The position numbers and the translations under genes were made by a program. Under the pieces are notes generated by a model that made no database searches, was not told the DNA's origin, and was given only the letters and a program-made list of their open reading frames with translations. From a virus (Duplodnaviria; Caudoviricetes): a stretch of DNA of 30,858 bases. Below are positions 8,020 through 18,186 of the stretch, one piece after another; the stretch's first letter is position 1, and every line of letters begins with the position of its first letter. The stretch is from positions 1-30,858 of the IMG/VR virus record IMGVR_UViG_3300037478_000502, one strand, 5' to 3'.

Positions 8020-10343
8020 GCCGCGCTATATCACGCCGCTACCGGGTCCGGTTCGCGGAGCGCGGCGCGACCGATATCACCGCCTCGACCGTCGACTTCA
8101 TTCTTGAAGTGCCGGACATGGCTGCGGTGCCGGTCGTCGCCGGGTCGTTCGTCCATCCGTTGGACGGTGCGACCGAGATGCGGCCGCTGCATGTGCTCGG
8201 CGTGGACAAGGCTGGTGGATTGATCGAACTGTTTGCGAGTGGGCAGCGGTGGTTGATGATCGGTCGGTTGGTCGACCTGCAATATCAGCTAACGGCCGAC
8301 GATCCTGACACCGATCCCTGGACGACATACGGCACCGGTCGTTGCAGCGCGATCGACGAACTGGACGGGCCTGGCCTCTTCCGCGTCCAGATCAGCGATG
8401 AATCATGGGTCGCACGCAAGGGCGACCCGTTCGAGGTCGAGAACACAACGCAGATATGGCCGAGTGGTGTGCGCGGTACGTGGCGCGGCTATCCGGCTGC
8501 GCAAATGGCATGGGCTGAGCCGATTGACCAGCAAGGTGACCTGTACCGGATCCGGATGTGGGCCGGCGATACGCAGGGCAATCTGGGGCCGGTCGCGCCA
8601 CCATACACACAAGGCTATGAGGGCCGCGAGATCACGCCGCTGATTGTCAACTGGATCAAGCGTGATATGAAGGAACCTGACGACCGGGCGGTGCCCGGCA
8701 CGTCGGGCGGCAACTGGACGCATTTGCGGCTGGCGATGCTGGACGATTCGGCGATGTTCCGAGATTGGGAGATCGTCAGCTTCGGCAGCCTTGGCGGCAA
8801 CCCGTTCACGGCCTCGATCACGCAATTTCTGGACAACCCCGAGATTCTGTTCGCAGGCACTATCGGCCAGACGTGGCGGATCTATCTGTGGGTCCGCTCT
8901 CCGTCGTCCGGCATTGTCCCGTATGCGGCCGGGCTGTCGAGTGCGTGGCTGTACGCTCCTACAGCTCCACCCGATCGCGAACTGCCGTTGCATCTCGGCA
9001 TTGAACTCAACACGCAGCACGATATCGCCACTCACGAGTACGGGACCATTGGCCCACTGAGCAGCGGCGCACCCGGATCGGGCGGGTTCCTGCATGTTGC
9101 CGACGCGACACGCCGGCTGTGGGACGCATTGGACGTGCGGTACGACCCGCAGAACCTGTACGATCTGGAACAGGACACAAGCTTCCCGCTGCTCGCGCCG
9201 CGGCTGTTTGAGATACCGGACGATCCCGAAAAGGTATTTCAGGCCAGAGCATGGGGGCCACTGCTGATTGTCGCGCTGAAGGACGTTTTCGGTCGACGCA
9301 AGCTGAAGGATATCAGGCCGCCACCTGCCAATACCGACCTGAGCGCGTTGACGGTTTTGGACGTCTCGAATAGCAAGCTCCATCGATGGAAGGTCGAGGG
9401 CCGCGAGCAAGTCAATTCGATCAACTGGTTGTTTCACCGTATCACGATTCCGGGCGAACCGAAGGAGGGGCCGGGTCGTTATGCGGTTCAGGTGCTGAAC
9501 TTCCCCGAGCAGGCGCACACACTGGACTGGTTCATCACCGAGGAACTCGAATACCCGCCCTATGCGTCATATGATGCCGACCTGATCGGCCGGCGTCCAC
9601 GCGACTTCGATGTGCAGTGGTTGCTGGCCGACCCGAACTCGCGACCATCCCAGAAATTGGCGGCACTGCAATCGGATCTCGGGCAGCCGTTCCTTGAGCC
9701 GATTGTTACGCAGTATTCCGACTTCCTGCTCGGCGTCTATCAGGACGGCCCGATGTACGGCCGGTGCGAGGTCGGTGGATCAACGGCCGAGACGCTTGAG
9801 GAAGGCGATTACGTAGTAGTCGATTGCACGCAGGTCAAGATCGCGAATCCGTTCACGGCGGCGCGCTTCGCCAAAGTGCTGGTACTCGTGTTGTCGGTTA
9901 CACGCTATCCGGCACATGCCGAAGTCGAATATCTGATTATCCGGGATGCGCTGTTCTTCCTCTGCCCGGACCCGCTGGACGAGACGACGTGGCTGCTGAG
10001 TCCATTCGATCAGGTCACGACCGTGATTGTGTCCATGGTCGCACCCGAGCCAGAGTCTGGCGAGTTGTTCAGCTTCAAGATCCGGGCTCGCAAGAACGCG
10101 GCGGGCGGTGATTCGATCAACATGCAGATTGCGTTTGTGGTCGGCGGCTTGGTGGTGTCATCGTGGGCCGAGACGGATGTAAGTGCCACGTTCACAGACT
10201 ACATCTTCACGCTTGACGCGACCGAGCAGGCCATCATCTCGGACTGGACCGACATACAGCTTTGGATCACGCGCAACGGCACGATTGACTCCGACCCGTC
10301 GAACTGGCGGCGGCTGGAGATCAGCGAGGTAGAGGCGGTCTGA
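8016..10343 (+). CDS. putative tail hub/tip protein
   Basis: ATGA overlap; 775 aa; position after the Dit-like gene; LEEGDYVVV OB-like segment. Confidence 0.5.
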   Translation: MSRAISRRYRVRFAERGATDITASTVDFILEVPDMAAVPVVAGSFVHPLDGATEMRPLHVLGVDKAGGLIELFASGQRWLMIGRLVDLQYQLTADDPDTDPWTTYGTGRCSAIDELDGPGLFRVQISDESWVARKGDPFEVENTTQIWPSGVRGTWRGYPAAQMAWAEPIDQQGDLYRIRMWAGDTQGNLGPVAPPYTQGYEGREITPLIVNWIKRDMKEPDDRAVPGTSGGNWTHLRLAMLDDSAMFRDWEIVSFGSLGGNPFTASITQFLDNPEILFAGTIGQTWRIYLWVRSPSSGIVPYAAGLSSAWLYAPTAPPDRELPLHLGIELNTQHDIATHEYGTIGPLSSGAPGSGGFLHVADATRRLWDALDVRYDPQNLYDLEQDTSFPLLAPRLFEIPDDPEKVFQARAWGPLLIVALKDVFGRRKLKDIRPPPANTDLSALTVLDVSNSKLHRWKVEGREQVNSINWLFHRITIPGEPKEGPGRYAVQVLNFPEQAHTLDWFITEELEYPPYASYDADLIGRRPRDFDVQWLLADPNSRPSQKLAALQSDLGQPFLEPIVTQYSDFLLGVYQDGPMYGRCEVGGSTAETLEEGDYVVVDCTQVKIANPFTAARFAKVLVLVLSVTRYPAHAEVEYLIIRDALFFLCPDPLDETTWLLSPFDQVTTVIVSMVAPEPESGELFSFKIRARKNAAGGDSINMQIAFVVGGLVVSSWAETDVSATFTDYIFTLDATEQAIISDWTDIQLWITRNGTIDSDPSNWRRLEISEVEAV

Positions 10344-13234
10344 TGGCGTACATCGACGAGATCCTCGCTGATAGCCCATGGGCGTACTGGGTCTGCGATG
10401 ACGCCAGTGGCGAGCCACAGGATTCGTCCGGTAACGCGCGCCACGTCACGTCCATACAGCAGTCCGGCCTACCATGCGGCGCCGCTCCCGACTACGAGCA
10501 GCCGACAGTGTTGCTGGCCGAGCCGGCCGGGCAGTCGATCAAGCTGAACTGCGGCTGGTTCAACCTGCCCAGCCTGTCCCTTGAGAACGCGGACTTCGCG
10601 CTGGAATGTTGGCTAAAGGTCGCGACACTGGCCGAAGGTCTCGAACTGTTCTCACAGGGTAGCCTCGGGTTCACGAACTGGCTGATATTCACCAAGCTAA
10701 ACACCAATGGCAGCATCACGTTCGATTATTGGAACGACACACTCGAAACGTCGCCGGGACTGGTTGAGGTTGACGACTACGTGCACCTCGTATTCCGTCG
10801 CGAGCATGCGGCCGACCTGTCCTCGATCTGGCTGAACGGTATCAAGGTCGCGGAGGGCTCACAGGGGCCGAAGTCATCAGCGGATGCGACCTTCGGCTTT
10901 GGATCTCTGTCGAATCTCGGCTGCTCTCAATACGTTGGCCACCTTGCCGTCTACCTGACGGCGCTGGATGACACGCGCATTGTCGACCATTACAACGCAG
11001 GCGCGGGCGACGAGCCGCCGGTCATCACCTGTGCCGACCAGACGGAAACCAGCATCACGGTCGGCATAACACCGACAGCCGGCGCGTCGAACCACGCGAT
11101 CTACGTCTCGCAGGATCCGCTATTCACGCCGGATTCTGACAGCCTGTGGGATGACAGCCTCGGGCCGTCGCCTACTTCGTTCACAGTCGAGACGCTGGAC
11201 GAAGCGGAGACGTACTACGTCATCGTTACCGCGACGGTCGGCAGCTTCACACTGCAATCCTCGACACTCGAATGCGCCACGACCAGCGGCGGCGGCGCGC
11301 CTGCGTTTGTCAGTGTCGTCTACATCAATGCGACGACGGTCGAGTTCCGGCCGGAGGTCGTGGCGGCCGCAATCGAGGTCTACTACGAGTGGCAATTGGC
11401 GTCCGAGACGAGCTGGACGACGATCATCGGGAGTACCAGCCTTACGGGCGCCAATCGGTTTGTGCATCAGGCATCACCCTTCACGGGCGGTACGCAATAT
11501 CGGGTGCGCGTCCGGTTCCGCTATTCGGGCGGATTCAGTGCGTGGGCTGAAACGACGTGGACGCAGCCGACACCCGCGACCAGTGCGACGATCGGTCAGT
11601 TCACAGGACCGGGTGTCGGGTACGTCGTAACCAGCCCGGTCGACCTGACGTGGATGCTCAATGCGGGCTGGACAGCCACGGCGTTGGAAGTCTCGCAGGA
11701 CGGCGCGTCATACTCGGTTCTCACGACGAGCGGACTGGCCGGCGGCTCGTACACGTTCGATCCGACCGCGCAGACATGGGACGAGGACGCGCTGTTGTTC
11801 TTCCGGTTGGCGGCTACGGACGGATCGCAGACCGGCTACATCTACACGGCGGTGACGGTCGATACCGATGGATCGATTCCGGTCACAATCGGCAAGTTCC
11901 AGCCGCTCGGGTTCTCCGCCAGCGAATGGGCGGGCACGTCGATTGTCGGCGTCGGGCCGGTCTGGCTTGTGCCGGGTTCCGATCCCTATTCAGGTGGCGG
12001 GATAGCTGGCACGAACGGGACCAACGCTTACTTGGTTTTTCCTAGCCTATCGGCACGTGAAGGCGATGGATTCAGCGCGTTCGTTGGCGGTGCCGCACTG
12101 GCATCCGGAACGACGCTGTCATGGTGGATGAATCAGGAGATCAGCGGCACGTTCTTCGGGCTGCGCTACGTTGACGAGAACGGCGATGCCGTTGTTGACT
12201 TCGAGTTCCTGTTCGGGACGGTGATGCCGCTGTACCCGGCGTGTCACCCGACCAACCTGCGGGGCAATGCGCAATATTCGCTCCGCGTCTCCGGCTCGCC
12301 GGTTGAGGGCGGCACGATCATCACGGCGGCCGGTTCATGGTTCGGCGCACCGTGCCAGATACTTGCGATGCCGCACGGTCTGGCCCTCAGCCTTGACCGG
12401 ATCAGCGGCACCGACGACTACGCCTACGTCGCGACGATTGTTGGCGAGACATCCGCGACGACGATATCAGGTACGTTGTCGGTACCGGGTGGCCTGCCCT
12501 GCGGATACTGCGTTCCATACCTGGGCAGGATATCGTCGCCCGGATTCACCGGCTACCCGCTGCTTACCGGCTTCTGGTGGAGCCCATCCGGCATCCAAAC
12601 CTGTACGGGCGGTGTGCCGTCCACGATCGAGCCGGTCGTTCCGCCGGTCACGTGTGAGGTCAATTGCCAGTGCGTGACGATCACGCCGGACCCGCTGTCA
12701 CTGCCGGGCGCGACGACGATCAGCTACCAGATCACGACCGTAGATGACCCGTACTTCGCGAGTCCGCTGTACATCGAATCGCCTCGGTCGGTCAACCCGA
12801 TCCTTGCCGACGAGAGCTTCACGCAATGTTTCCTGTCGGCCGGCAACTACCTCGCGCGAGTTGTCCTCGATGAGGGCCTGAGTACCGAAGTCGAGATGAC
12901 GGCGTGTGAGTTCACGATCATTGAACTGGCGATCGGCGTGTGGGCAGGCTGGCGCACTGCGGCCGACTTCGCGGGCCTCGACCCGATCGCGGACTTCAGC
13001 TATGCCGTCGTGAGCGGCACTCTGGTCCAGTTCACGGACACGAGCTATGACCTGGACGGCACCGTCGAGGCATGGCTGTGGCAGTTCAGGGATGAGAACG
13101 GAACGATCCTCGCGACATCGACAGCACAGAACCCGTCCTACGACTTCGGCTCGCTGGCCACGTACATGGTTACACTGACGGTTCAGGATGATGATCTGCG
13201 GACTGACAGCATCACCGAAACGGTTTCGCTATGA
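10343..13234 (+). CDS. tail protein with LamG/ConA-like, FN3-like and C-terminal PKD domains
   Basis: DSPWAYW..DD, FALECW.K, HLAVY.TAL....I..HY (LamG); YRVRVR (FN3); ADFSY..VQFTDTSYD.DG...W.W.F..QNPSY.F...TY.VTLTV.DDD (PKD). Confidence 0.75.
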   Translation: MAYIDEILADSPWAYWVCDDASGEPQDSSGNARHVTSIQQSGLPCGAAPDYEQPTVLLAEPAGQSIKLNCGWFNLPSLSLENADFALECWLKVATLAEGLELFSQGSLGFTNWLIFTKLNTNGSITFDYWNDTLETSPGLVEVDDYVHLVFRREHAADLSSIWLNGIKVAEGSQGPKSSADATFGFGSLSNLGCSQYVGHLAVYLTALDDTRIVDHYNAGAGDEPPVITCADQTETSITVGITPTAGASNHAIYVSQDPLFTPDSDSLWDDSLGPSPTSFTVETLDEAETYYVIVTATVGSFTLQSSTLECATTSGGGAPAFVSVVYINATTVEFRPEVVAAAIEVYYEWQLASETSWTTIIGSTSLTGANRFVHQASPFTGGTQYRVRVRFRYSGGFSAWAETTWTQPTPATSATIGQFTGPGVGYVVTSPVDLTWMLNAGWTATALEVSQDGASYSVLTTSGLAGGSYTFDPTAQTWDEDALLFFRLAATDGSQTGYIYTAVTVDTDGSIPVTIGKFQPLGFSASEWAGTSIVGVGPVWLVPGSDPYSGGGIAGTNGTNAYLVFPSLSAREGDGFSAFVGGAALASGTTLSWWMNQEISGTFFGLRYVDENGDAVVDFEFLFGTVMPLYPACHPTNLRGNAQYSLRVSGSPVEGGTIITAAGSWFGAPCQILAMPHGLALSLDRISGTDDYAYVATIVGETSATTISGTLSVPGGLPCGYCVPYLGRISSPGFTGYPLLTGFWWSPSGIQTCTGGVPSTIEPVVPPVTCEVNCQCVTITPDPLSLPGATTISYQITTVDDPYFASPLYIESPRSVNPILADESFTQCFLSAGNYLARVVLDEGLSTEVEMTACEFTIIELAIGVWAGWRTAADFAGLDPIADFSYAVVSGTLVQFTDTSYDLDGTVEAWLWQFRDENGTILATSTAQNPSYDFGSLATYMVTLTVQDDDLRTDSITETVSL

Positions 13235-14148
13235 GCGCGCCCACACTCGGCACGATCTTCGTCGATACCGACCTGTCGGTTGCGGTGCCCGTGGACGCCA
13301 TGGGCGAGAACCCGGGCGTACGGGTGGATTACGCGGTCGGCGGTGAGCCGCCGGAGGTATCGTTGGCATGGCAGGAGGCGGGTACGGTCACGACGCCCGC
13401 CACTGTGAACACGCCGGTCCAGCTACGCGGGTCGACCGTATGGATTCGCGGGGTGGGCGTGTTGTCCGATGGCGAGCAATCGAGCGGGTTCACGGCCACG
13501 CAATCGGTCCTGATCGATGAGCAGCCGGGCTTTGATAGCCTGTCGGTCACTTTGACGGACCGGCGGCCGGTTGTTGCGTGGGTCGGCAATGCGGACGCGG
13601 TCGGTATCCTGACTCAGTGGGTTGTCCATGCTTCGGACGTGGCCGCGCCGACGTTCACGGACTCAGCCGACATTGAGGAGGTTTACGCCGGCTACGATAT
13701 TGACGTGACGCTGCAACTGGGCCAGTCGATCACGGTCGAGGTGTCGGCTTGGTCAGCGTTCAGCAGTGGCGCGGTGGCGGGCGATCAGGGCGAGGTGGTC
13801 ACGGTCATACGGACCGCCGAACCGTTCGACGCGAGCCCGGTCGACGTGCGGCTCGTCGAGTCGTACGAGTACACGCTGACGACGGCGGATGCGAACGCCT
13901 ATCTCCGGTGCGGCGACCCGACCGGCTTTCTGCTGTACCTGCCGCTCCACGTCGATGTCGCGCTGCCCGTCGGCACGCGAGTGTACATCGAGCAGGCTGA
14001 TACCGGGCCGGTGACGATCACGGCGCTGTCTGGTGTGACGGCGAACGCGTTGAACGACATGCTAACGACGACCGGTCAGTTCGCGGTAGTGACCATGACG
14101 AAAGTTGCGATCAATGAATGGACGATCGCGGGGGATCTGGTAAGCTGA
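13231..14148 (+). CDS. tail fibre-associated protein
   Basis: C-terminal YTLTTADAN...LP....ALPVGT.V.I.Q..TGPVTI...GQFA.....K....W.IAGDL module common in phage tail proteins. Confidence 0.6.
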   Translation: MSAPTLGTIFVDTDLSVAVPVDAMGENPGVRVDYAVGGEPPEVSLAWQEAGTVTTPATVNTPVQLRGSTVWIRGVGVLSDGEQSSGFTATQSVLIDEQPGFDSLSVTLTDRRPVVAWVGNADAVGILTQWVVHASDVAAPTFTDSADIEEVYAGYDIDVTLQLGQSITVEVSAWSAFSSGAVAGDQGEVVTVIRTAEPFDASPVDVRLVESYEYTLTTADANAYLRCGDPTGFLLYLPLHVDVALPVGTRVYIEQADTGPVTITALSGVTANALNDMLTTTGQFAVVTMTKVAINEWTIAGDLVS

Positions 14149-14327
14149 TGGGCTGCGGCTGCGACAAGCGGGCGAAGAAGATGCTTGAGGTAGCCGACAA
14201 GCACGAGGTCAAGGTGCCGAAGAAAGTGCGCTCCTTCCTCGAACGCAAGGCCAGCACGGCCGGGCCTTCGCCTGCCGATCTCACGCGGGGTGGCGACGAA
14301 GTGACGCACCGACAGACACGGAAGTAG
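14148..14327 (+). CDS. small basic hypothetical protein (MGCGCDKR)
   Basis: TGATG coupling with upstream stop; fills the gap before the next gene. Confidence 0.55.
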   Translation: MGCGCDKRAKKMLEVADKHEVKVPKKVRSFLERKASTAGPSPADLTRGGDEVTHRQTRK

Positions 14328-14338
14328 GGAGCGCGGGA

Positions 14339-16129
14339 ATGGCAGCATTCACGACAACTCAGGCAGGACCATGGTCTGACCCAGATACGTGGGGTGGCGG
14401 GGGCGTGCCGGGCGATGGTGACACCGCAACGGTGAATCATGCCGTCACGGTCGATCAGAACACAGTGGTCGGAGATAATCCTGCGTCGAATACGGTCGTC
14501 CTGACCGTGGCTGCGCCGTTGACCATTGGCAATAATGGGACGGACTTCTTTACGCTTGATGTCGAGGGTTCGATCAACTACGCGAACTCGCGCATCGAGG
14601 CGCTGGGCAATTTCGCCAACGGACGGCTCAGGCTCGCGAATGTTCCGGATGGCGTGGTCTATGACCACAACATTTCTACCGCCAGCAATCAGGGTCAGTC
14701 GCGGCTTACGATCGAAGGCGATCCGGCCGCACCGTTCACGCTCGACTCCACACCATCGGGCACGACGGGCATTGGTACAATCGATGATGGCGGCTTCATT
14801 GGCGGCGGTCAGGTTCAGGTCGATAACGCGAACGTCGCGCTGGGCGGTGCGTCGAACGACATAGAGTTCTGGCCTCGTGACATCTCGGGCTGGGTCTACC
14901 GTTGGCACAATTGCACATTTACCGCCTGCGGTCAGCTCGACAACGCTGTATCCCTGACAGCCGCAAGCCATTTCACCTTGTCGTTCTGTCGCTGGCGGAC
15001 GACAGCGGCGTCGACCTGTACGGACATTCTCGGCGGCACTACGTTGACCACGGGCACGCGCACGATCAACCATTGCGACTTCGACAAGACGTTCCAGTTC
15101 TTCAGCGCGTTGTCTATCACGCTCGACCACAACATCTACCGGGGCGGCGTAACGTTCACCATGCAGTCGGCGTCGAGTGCCGTGCCGCTGACCAACTGCA
15201 TACTGGTAAAGCCATCTCAGTCCGGCTCAAACCTGATCGGCGGGTTTACGGGTGGGTACATCTGCGGCACGTACACCGGCAGCAATCAGCACGTCTTCAA
15301 CCAGCTTTGCACTGCCGCACTATCGATTACGGACAACGTGTTCGACCTCGACTCCGGCAGCACGACGGGCGACCTGATCCTGCTGCCGACCGGCTCGACC
15401 GCTACCCGGCTTATCACGATCACGGGCAACGTCGTCCTACCGCGCCGCACGAACGCCAATTTGGCCTGCGGGATCTTTATAAGCTCGCAGGCTCCGACCA
15501 GCGGGCTTACCGTGGTGATCGAGCACAACACGGTACCGAGCGTCGGCAATGGCGGCGATAGCGGCGCACTGCTGCGGGTCGGTGAGACGCAGACCGGCTA
15601 TGCTGGCATGTTCCCATCCGTACAGTCGAATCTCGTCTACGCGCCCGGGACGGCGACGGAGGGCACGGTCATCGAGACGACGGGCACGCCGGCCGACGAC
15701 ATCATCACGGACGCCGACTTCAACTGCGGTTGGGCGCTCGGCGATGACTCGGCATTCAGCGACAACTACATGCCGGCCGACACCAAGTTCGCGAACACGC
15801 CGGGCGTGAACGACGTCAACGTCAATCCGAACTTCGTGGCCGCGCCCGGCGTTCGCAACATCACGGCGTGGGACACCGAACGCGGCAGTGGGACGGGTAC
15901 TGTGACCGCGGCACTCGATCACATCGCGGATGGTGGCACAACCGCATTCGAGACGCGCTACGATGACCTGTACGACTGGACCCGCGGCGGCTATGGCGTC
16001 CAGGAATCTACGCTAGAGGACGCGGGCCACGACAGTGTAACGATTGGTGCGATGGAGTTCGTACCCGCGGCGGGCGGCCAAGGCCCACTGATCGGCGGAC
16101 TGCGTAATCACCTAGTGAGGGCCGTATGA
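14339..16129 (+). CDS. G8-like N-terminus plus parallel beta-helix protein (tailspike/depolymerase-like)
   Basis: GPWSDPDTWGGGGVPGDGDTATVNHAVTVD start; repeated ITDNVF, ITGNVV, IEHNTV, NCTF strands. Confidence 0.6.
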   Translation: MAAFTTTQAGPWSDPDTWGGGGVPGDGDTATVNHAVTVDQNTVVGDNPASNTVVLTVAAPLTIGNNGTDFFTLDVEGSINYANSRIEALGNFANGRLRLANVPDGVVYDHNISTASNQGQSRLTIEGDPAAPFTLDSTPSGTTGIGTIDDGGFIGGGQVQVDNANVALGGASNDIEFWPRDISGWVYRWHNCTFTACGQLDNAVSLTAASHFTLSFCRWRTTAASTCTDILGGTTLTTGTRTINHCDFDKTFQFFSALSITLDHNIYRGGVTFTMQSASSAVPLTNCILVKPSQSGSNLIGGFTGGYICGTYTGSNQHVFNQLCTAALSITDNVFDLDSGSTTGDLILLPTGSTATRLITITGNVVLPRRTNANLACGIFISSQAPTSGLTVVIEHNTVPSVGNGGDSGALLRVGETQTGYAGMFPSVQSNLVYAPGTATEGTVIETTGTPADDIITDADFNCGWALGDDSAFSDNYMPADTKFANTPGVNDVNVNPNFVAAPGVRNITAWDTERGSGTGTVTAALDHIADGGTTAFETRYDDLYDWTRGGYGVQESTLEDAGHDSVTIGAMEFVPAAGGQGPLIGGLRNHLVRAV

Positions 16130-16683
16130 ATCTCGGTGACTTTCAGGCGGGCGCGACCTTCGACGCCAAGTTCGTCACGGTTGACGGTACCGGCGCACCG
16201 ACCGTGCTATCCGGCTCGCCCGCCATCAGCGTCTACAAGGACAACGACGCCACGCAGACGACGACGGGAGTGACACTGTCGGTCGACTTTGACTCGGTGG
16301 TCGGGCTGAACAACGTCCGCATCGTCATGACGGACGCCTTCTACACGCCGGGCAGCAACTTTCAGGCGGTCATCACAACCGGCACCGTGGACGGCGTGTC
16401 CGTGGTCGGCTACGTGGTCGCGTCGTTCAGCATCGAGGCACGCCCGCCGGCTGGCGTTGTGCTGGGTGTCGCTGAGACGGGCACGCTGTCGGTAACGCAG
16501 ATGACGACCGACCTGACCGAAGCAACGGCGGACCACTATGCCGGCCGCAGTCTCGTTTGGCTGGATGGTGCGCTGGCGGGTCAGGCTACCCGGATCACGG
16601 CGTATGCCGGGACGGGTGGCCTGCTCACGTTTGTCGCCGTGACGGATGCTCCGTCAGACGGTGATCGTTTTGTGATCGTGTAA
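16126..16683 (+). CDS. virion structural protein (hypothetical)
   Basis: ATGA overlap; beta-rich; DHYAGR.L.W.DG.LAGQ...I..Y...T.APS.GD.FVI motif seen in tail-region proteins. Confidence 0.6.
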   Translation: MNLGDFQAGATFDAKFVTVDGTGAPTVLSGSPAISVYKDNDATQTTTGVTLSVDFDSVVGLNNVRIVMTDAFYTPGSNFQAVITTGTVDGVSVVGYVVASFSIEARPPAGVVLGVAETGTLSVTQMTTDLTEATADHYAGRSLVWLDGALAGQATRITAYAGTGGLLTFVAVTDAPSDGDRFVIV

Positions 16684-16701
16684 CCACAAGGAGACAAGGC
16701 A

Positions 16702-17328
16702 ATGGCCGAACCGACAATCGTCCTCCAGCTCAACGAGGGCTCAGAGGGCACCCCGACGTGGGTCACGATCGGGAACGCGGAATGGACGGGACCGGATGGC
16801 GTGGGCGATGCGCACGTCGCGCCGGTCGGTGACAACGACGAGGTGTTCTTCGACAACGCCGCCGCGCCGAACGACGGCGAGCTGTGGAACGACGATGGCT
16901 CGCCGACGCAGGTCACGGTCGCCGGGCGCAACACGAATCAGAACGTGATGCGGGCGCTGGAAACGGGCGCCTCGGACGGTACGGCGGACCCGCCCGTCCT
17001 GACGGCGTTCGACGACGGCACGGATGCGGGAGCTCGTACAAACCCGACGACGTGGATCCTGATCGGCACCGCGGGCAGCAGCGGCGTTGGGTGTGTCCGT
17101 GGCATCGAGACAACGACCGCCGCTCCGGATGGCGACTGGACCGGGCAGGAGCACGACGCCGCACCGGTCGCCGGCGCTGTGTTGGAGGGCACGGTCACGG
17201 GCGTAACGTGCGCGTCCGCGCTCGCGGCGTCAGGGAACAAGACATTCAATCTGGCCATCGCGGTGCCGCATGATGCGACGCCGGGCACGACCACGTGGGT
17301 CTACGCGCTGACGTACACGTACACATGA
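16702..17328 (+). CDS. virion structural protein (hypothetical)
   Basis: AAGGAG RBS; Thr/Gly/Asp-rich; ends in beta strand YALTYTYT. Confidence 0.6.
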   Translation: MAEPTIVLQLNEGSEGTPTWVTIGNAEWTGPDGVGDAHVAPVGDNDEVFFDNAAAPNDGELWNDDGSPTQVTVAGRNTNQNVMRALETGASDGTADPPVLTAFDDGTDAGARTNPTTWILIGTAGSSGVGCVRGIETTTAAPDGDWTGQEHDAAPVAGAVLEGTVTGVTCASALAASGNKTFNLAIAVPHDATPGTTTWVYALTYTYT

Positions 17329-17822
17329 CGCTCGCGGAAAGCGATTACGAGGGCTGGGTCGCGTACATCGATGGCGTCCCGATCTTCGAGCACGCGCCGC
17401 GCAACCCGGCACTGTTGCAGGCCGCAGGTAACGGCCATCAGCCGAACATTGCCGACCGCGCGACTCTGCCGTGGCGCGAGGTACCGACTGCGCGTGTGGA
17501 CCGGCTGGAACTGTACTACGCCCGCGGTCACGTGCAGAGCCAGCCGGCCATCCGGCTACAACGACCGCCGGGCGCGGATCATATCCGGTTCATCCAGCTC
17601 AAGATGGGCGGCATCGCGTTCGGGCCGGGGCTGCGCCGACCTGTACGGCTGGGACTGATGGGCTACCGCGTCGGGTACTGGGATCCGCGTGCGCAGCGGT
17701 GTGAAATGTGGGAGATCGGTCGCGATGGCAAGGTCGAGAAATTGCGCGACGTGAAGGATCCGTGCGCGCCCAAGCCGGTCGGCCATGGGTACGCACGCGA
17801 AGTGCTGGGGGCGGGCCAGTGA
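17325..17822 (+). CDS. hypothetical protein
   Basis: ATGA overlap with upstream stop; GC3-biased codons. Confidence 0.6.
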   Translation: MTLAESDYEGWVAYIDGVPIFEHAPRNPALLQAAGNGHQPNIADRATLPWREVPTARVDRLELYYARGHVQSQPAIRLQRPPGADHIRFIQLKMGGIAFGPGLRRPVRLGLMGYRVGYWDPRAQRCEMWEIGRDGKVEKLRDVKDPCAPKPVGHGYAREVLGAGQ

Positions 17823-17838
17823 GCGAGGTCGCCGGATC

Positions 17839-18186
17839 ATGACTGCATTCGCGCGCTGGAAGATCCGCTACGACGACGGATCCATGTGGGATTCCACAAC
17901 AGGCGAGGCCCACGAGATACCGTTCGAGCGGCGGTTTGGCGTGCTCTGGATCTTGCAAGGCGCCGAACACGACCGGTTGTTCAACAAGGATAACTACCTC
18001 TGGCGCGCGGACTGGAATTGCTGGATCGAGTGTGACGACAGCGGGCTCAAGTATCAGTTGGCGCGGGCGGCTCAACATGTGACGTGCTACATGGAGGGCA
18101 GCACGGTACCGCGCGCTGATTGGATGGAGTCAATGGTGGAGATGGACCGGGAATACAGGTCATGGCAACACCAAATACTGACCTAA
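17839..18186 (+). CDS. hypothetical protein
   Basis: GAGG RBS; WKIRYDDGS start; Trp-rich. Confidence 0.6.
   Translation: MTAFARWKIRYDDGSMWDSTTGEAHEIPFERRFGVLWILQGAEHDRLFNKDNYLWRADWNCWIECDDSGLKYQLARAAQHVTCYMEGSTVPRADWMESMVEMDREYRSWQHQILT

Noticed and set aside
8403-9518. Long minus-strand ORFs opposite structural genes (also 215-1063, 5555-6472, 14111-15130, 18575-19513, 21389-22363)
   Set aside because: Shadow frames expected in high-GC coding DNA; Arg-rich or mirror-repeat composition with no recognisable motifs.
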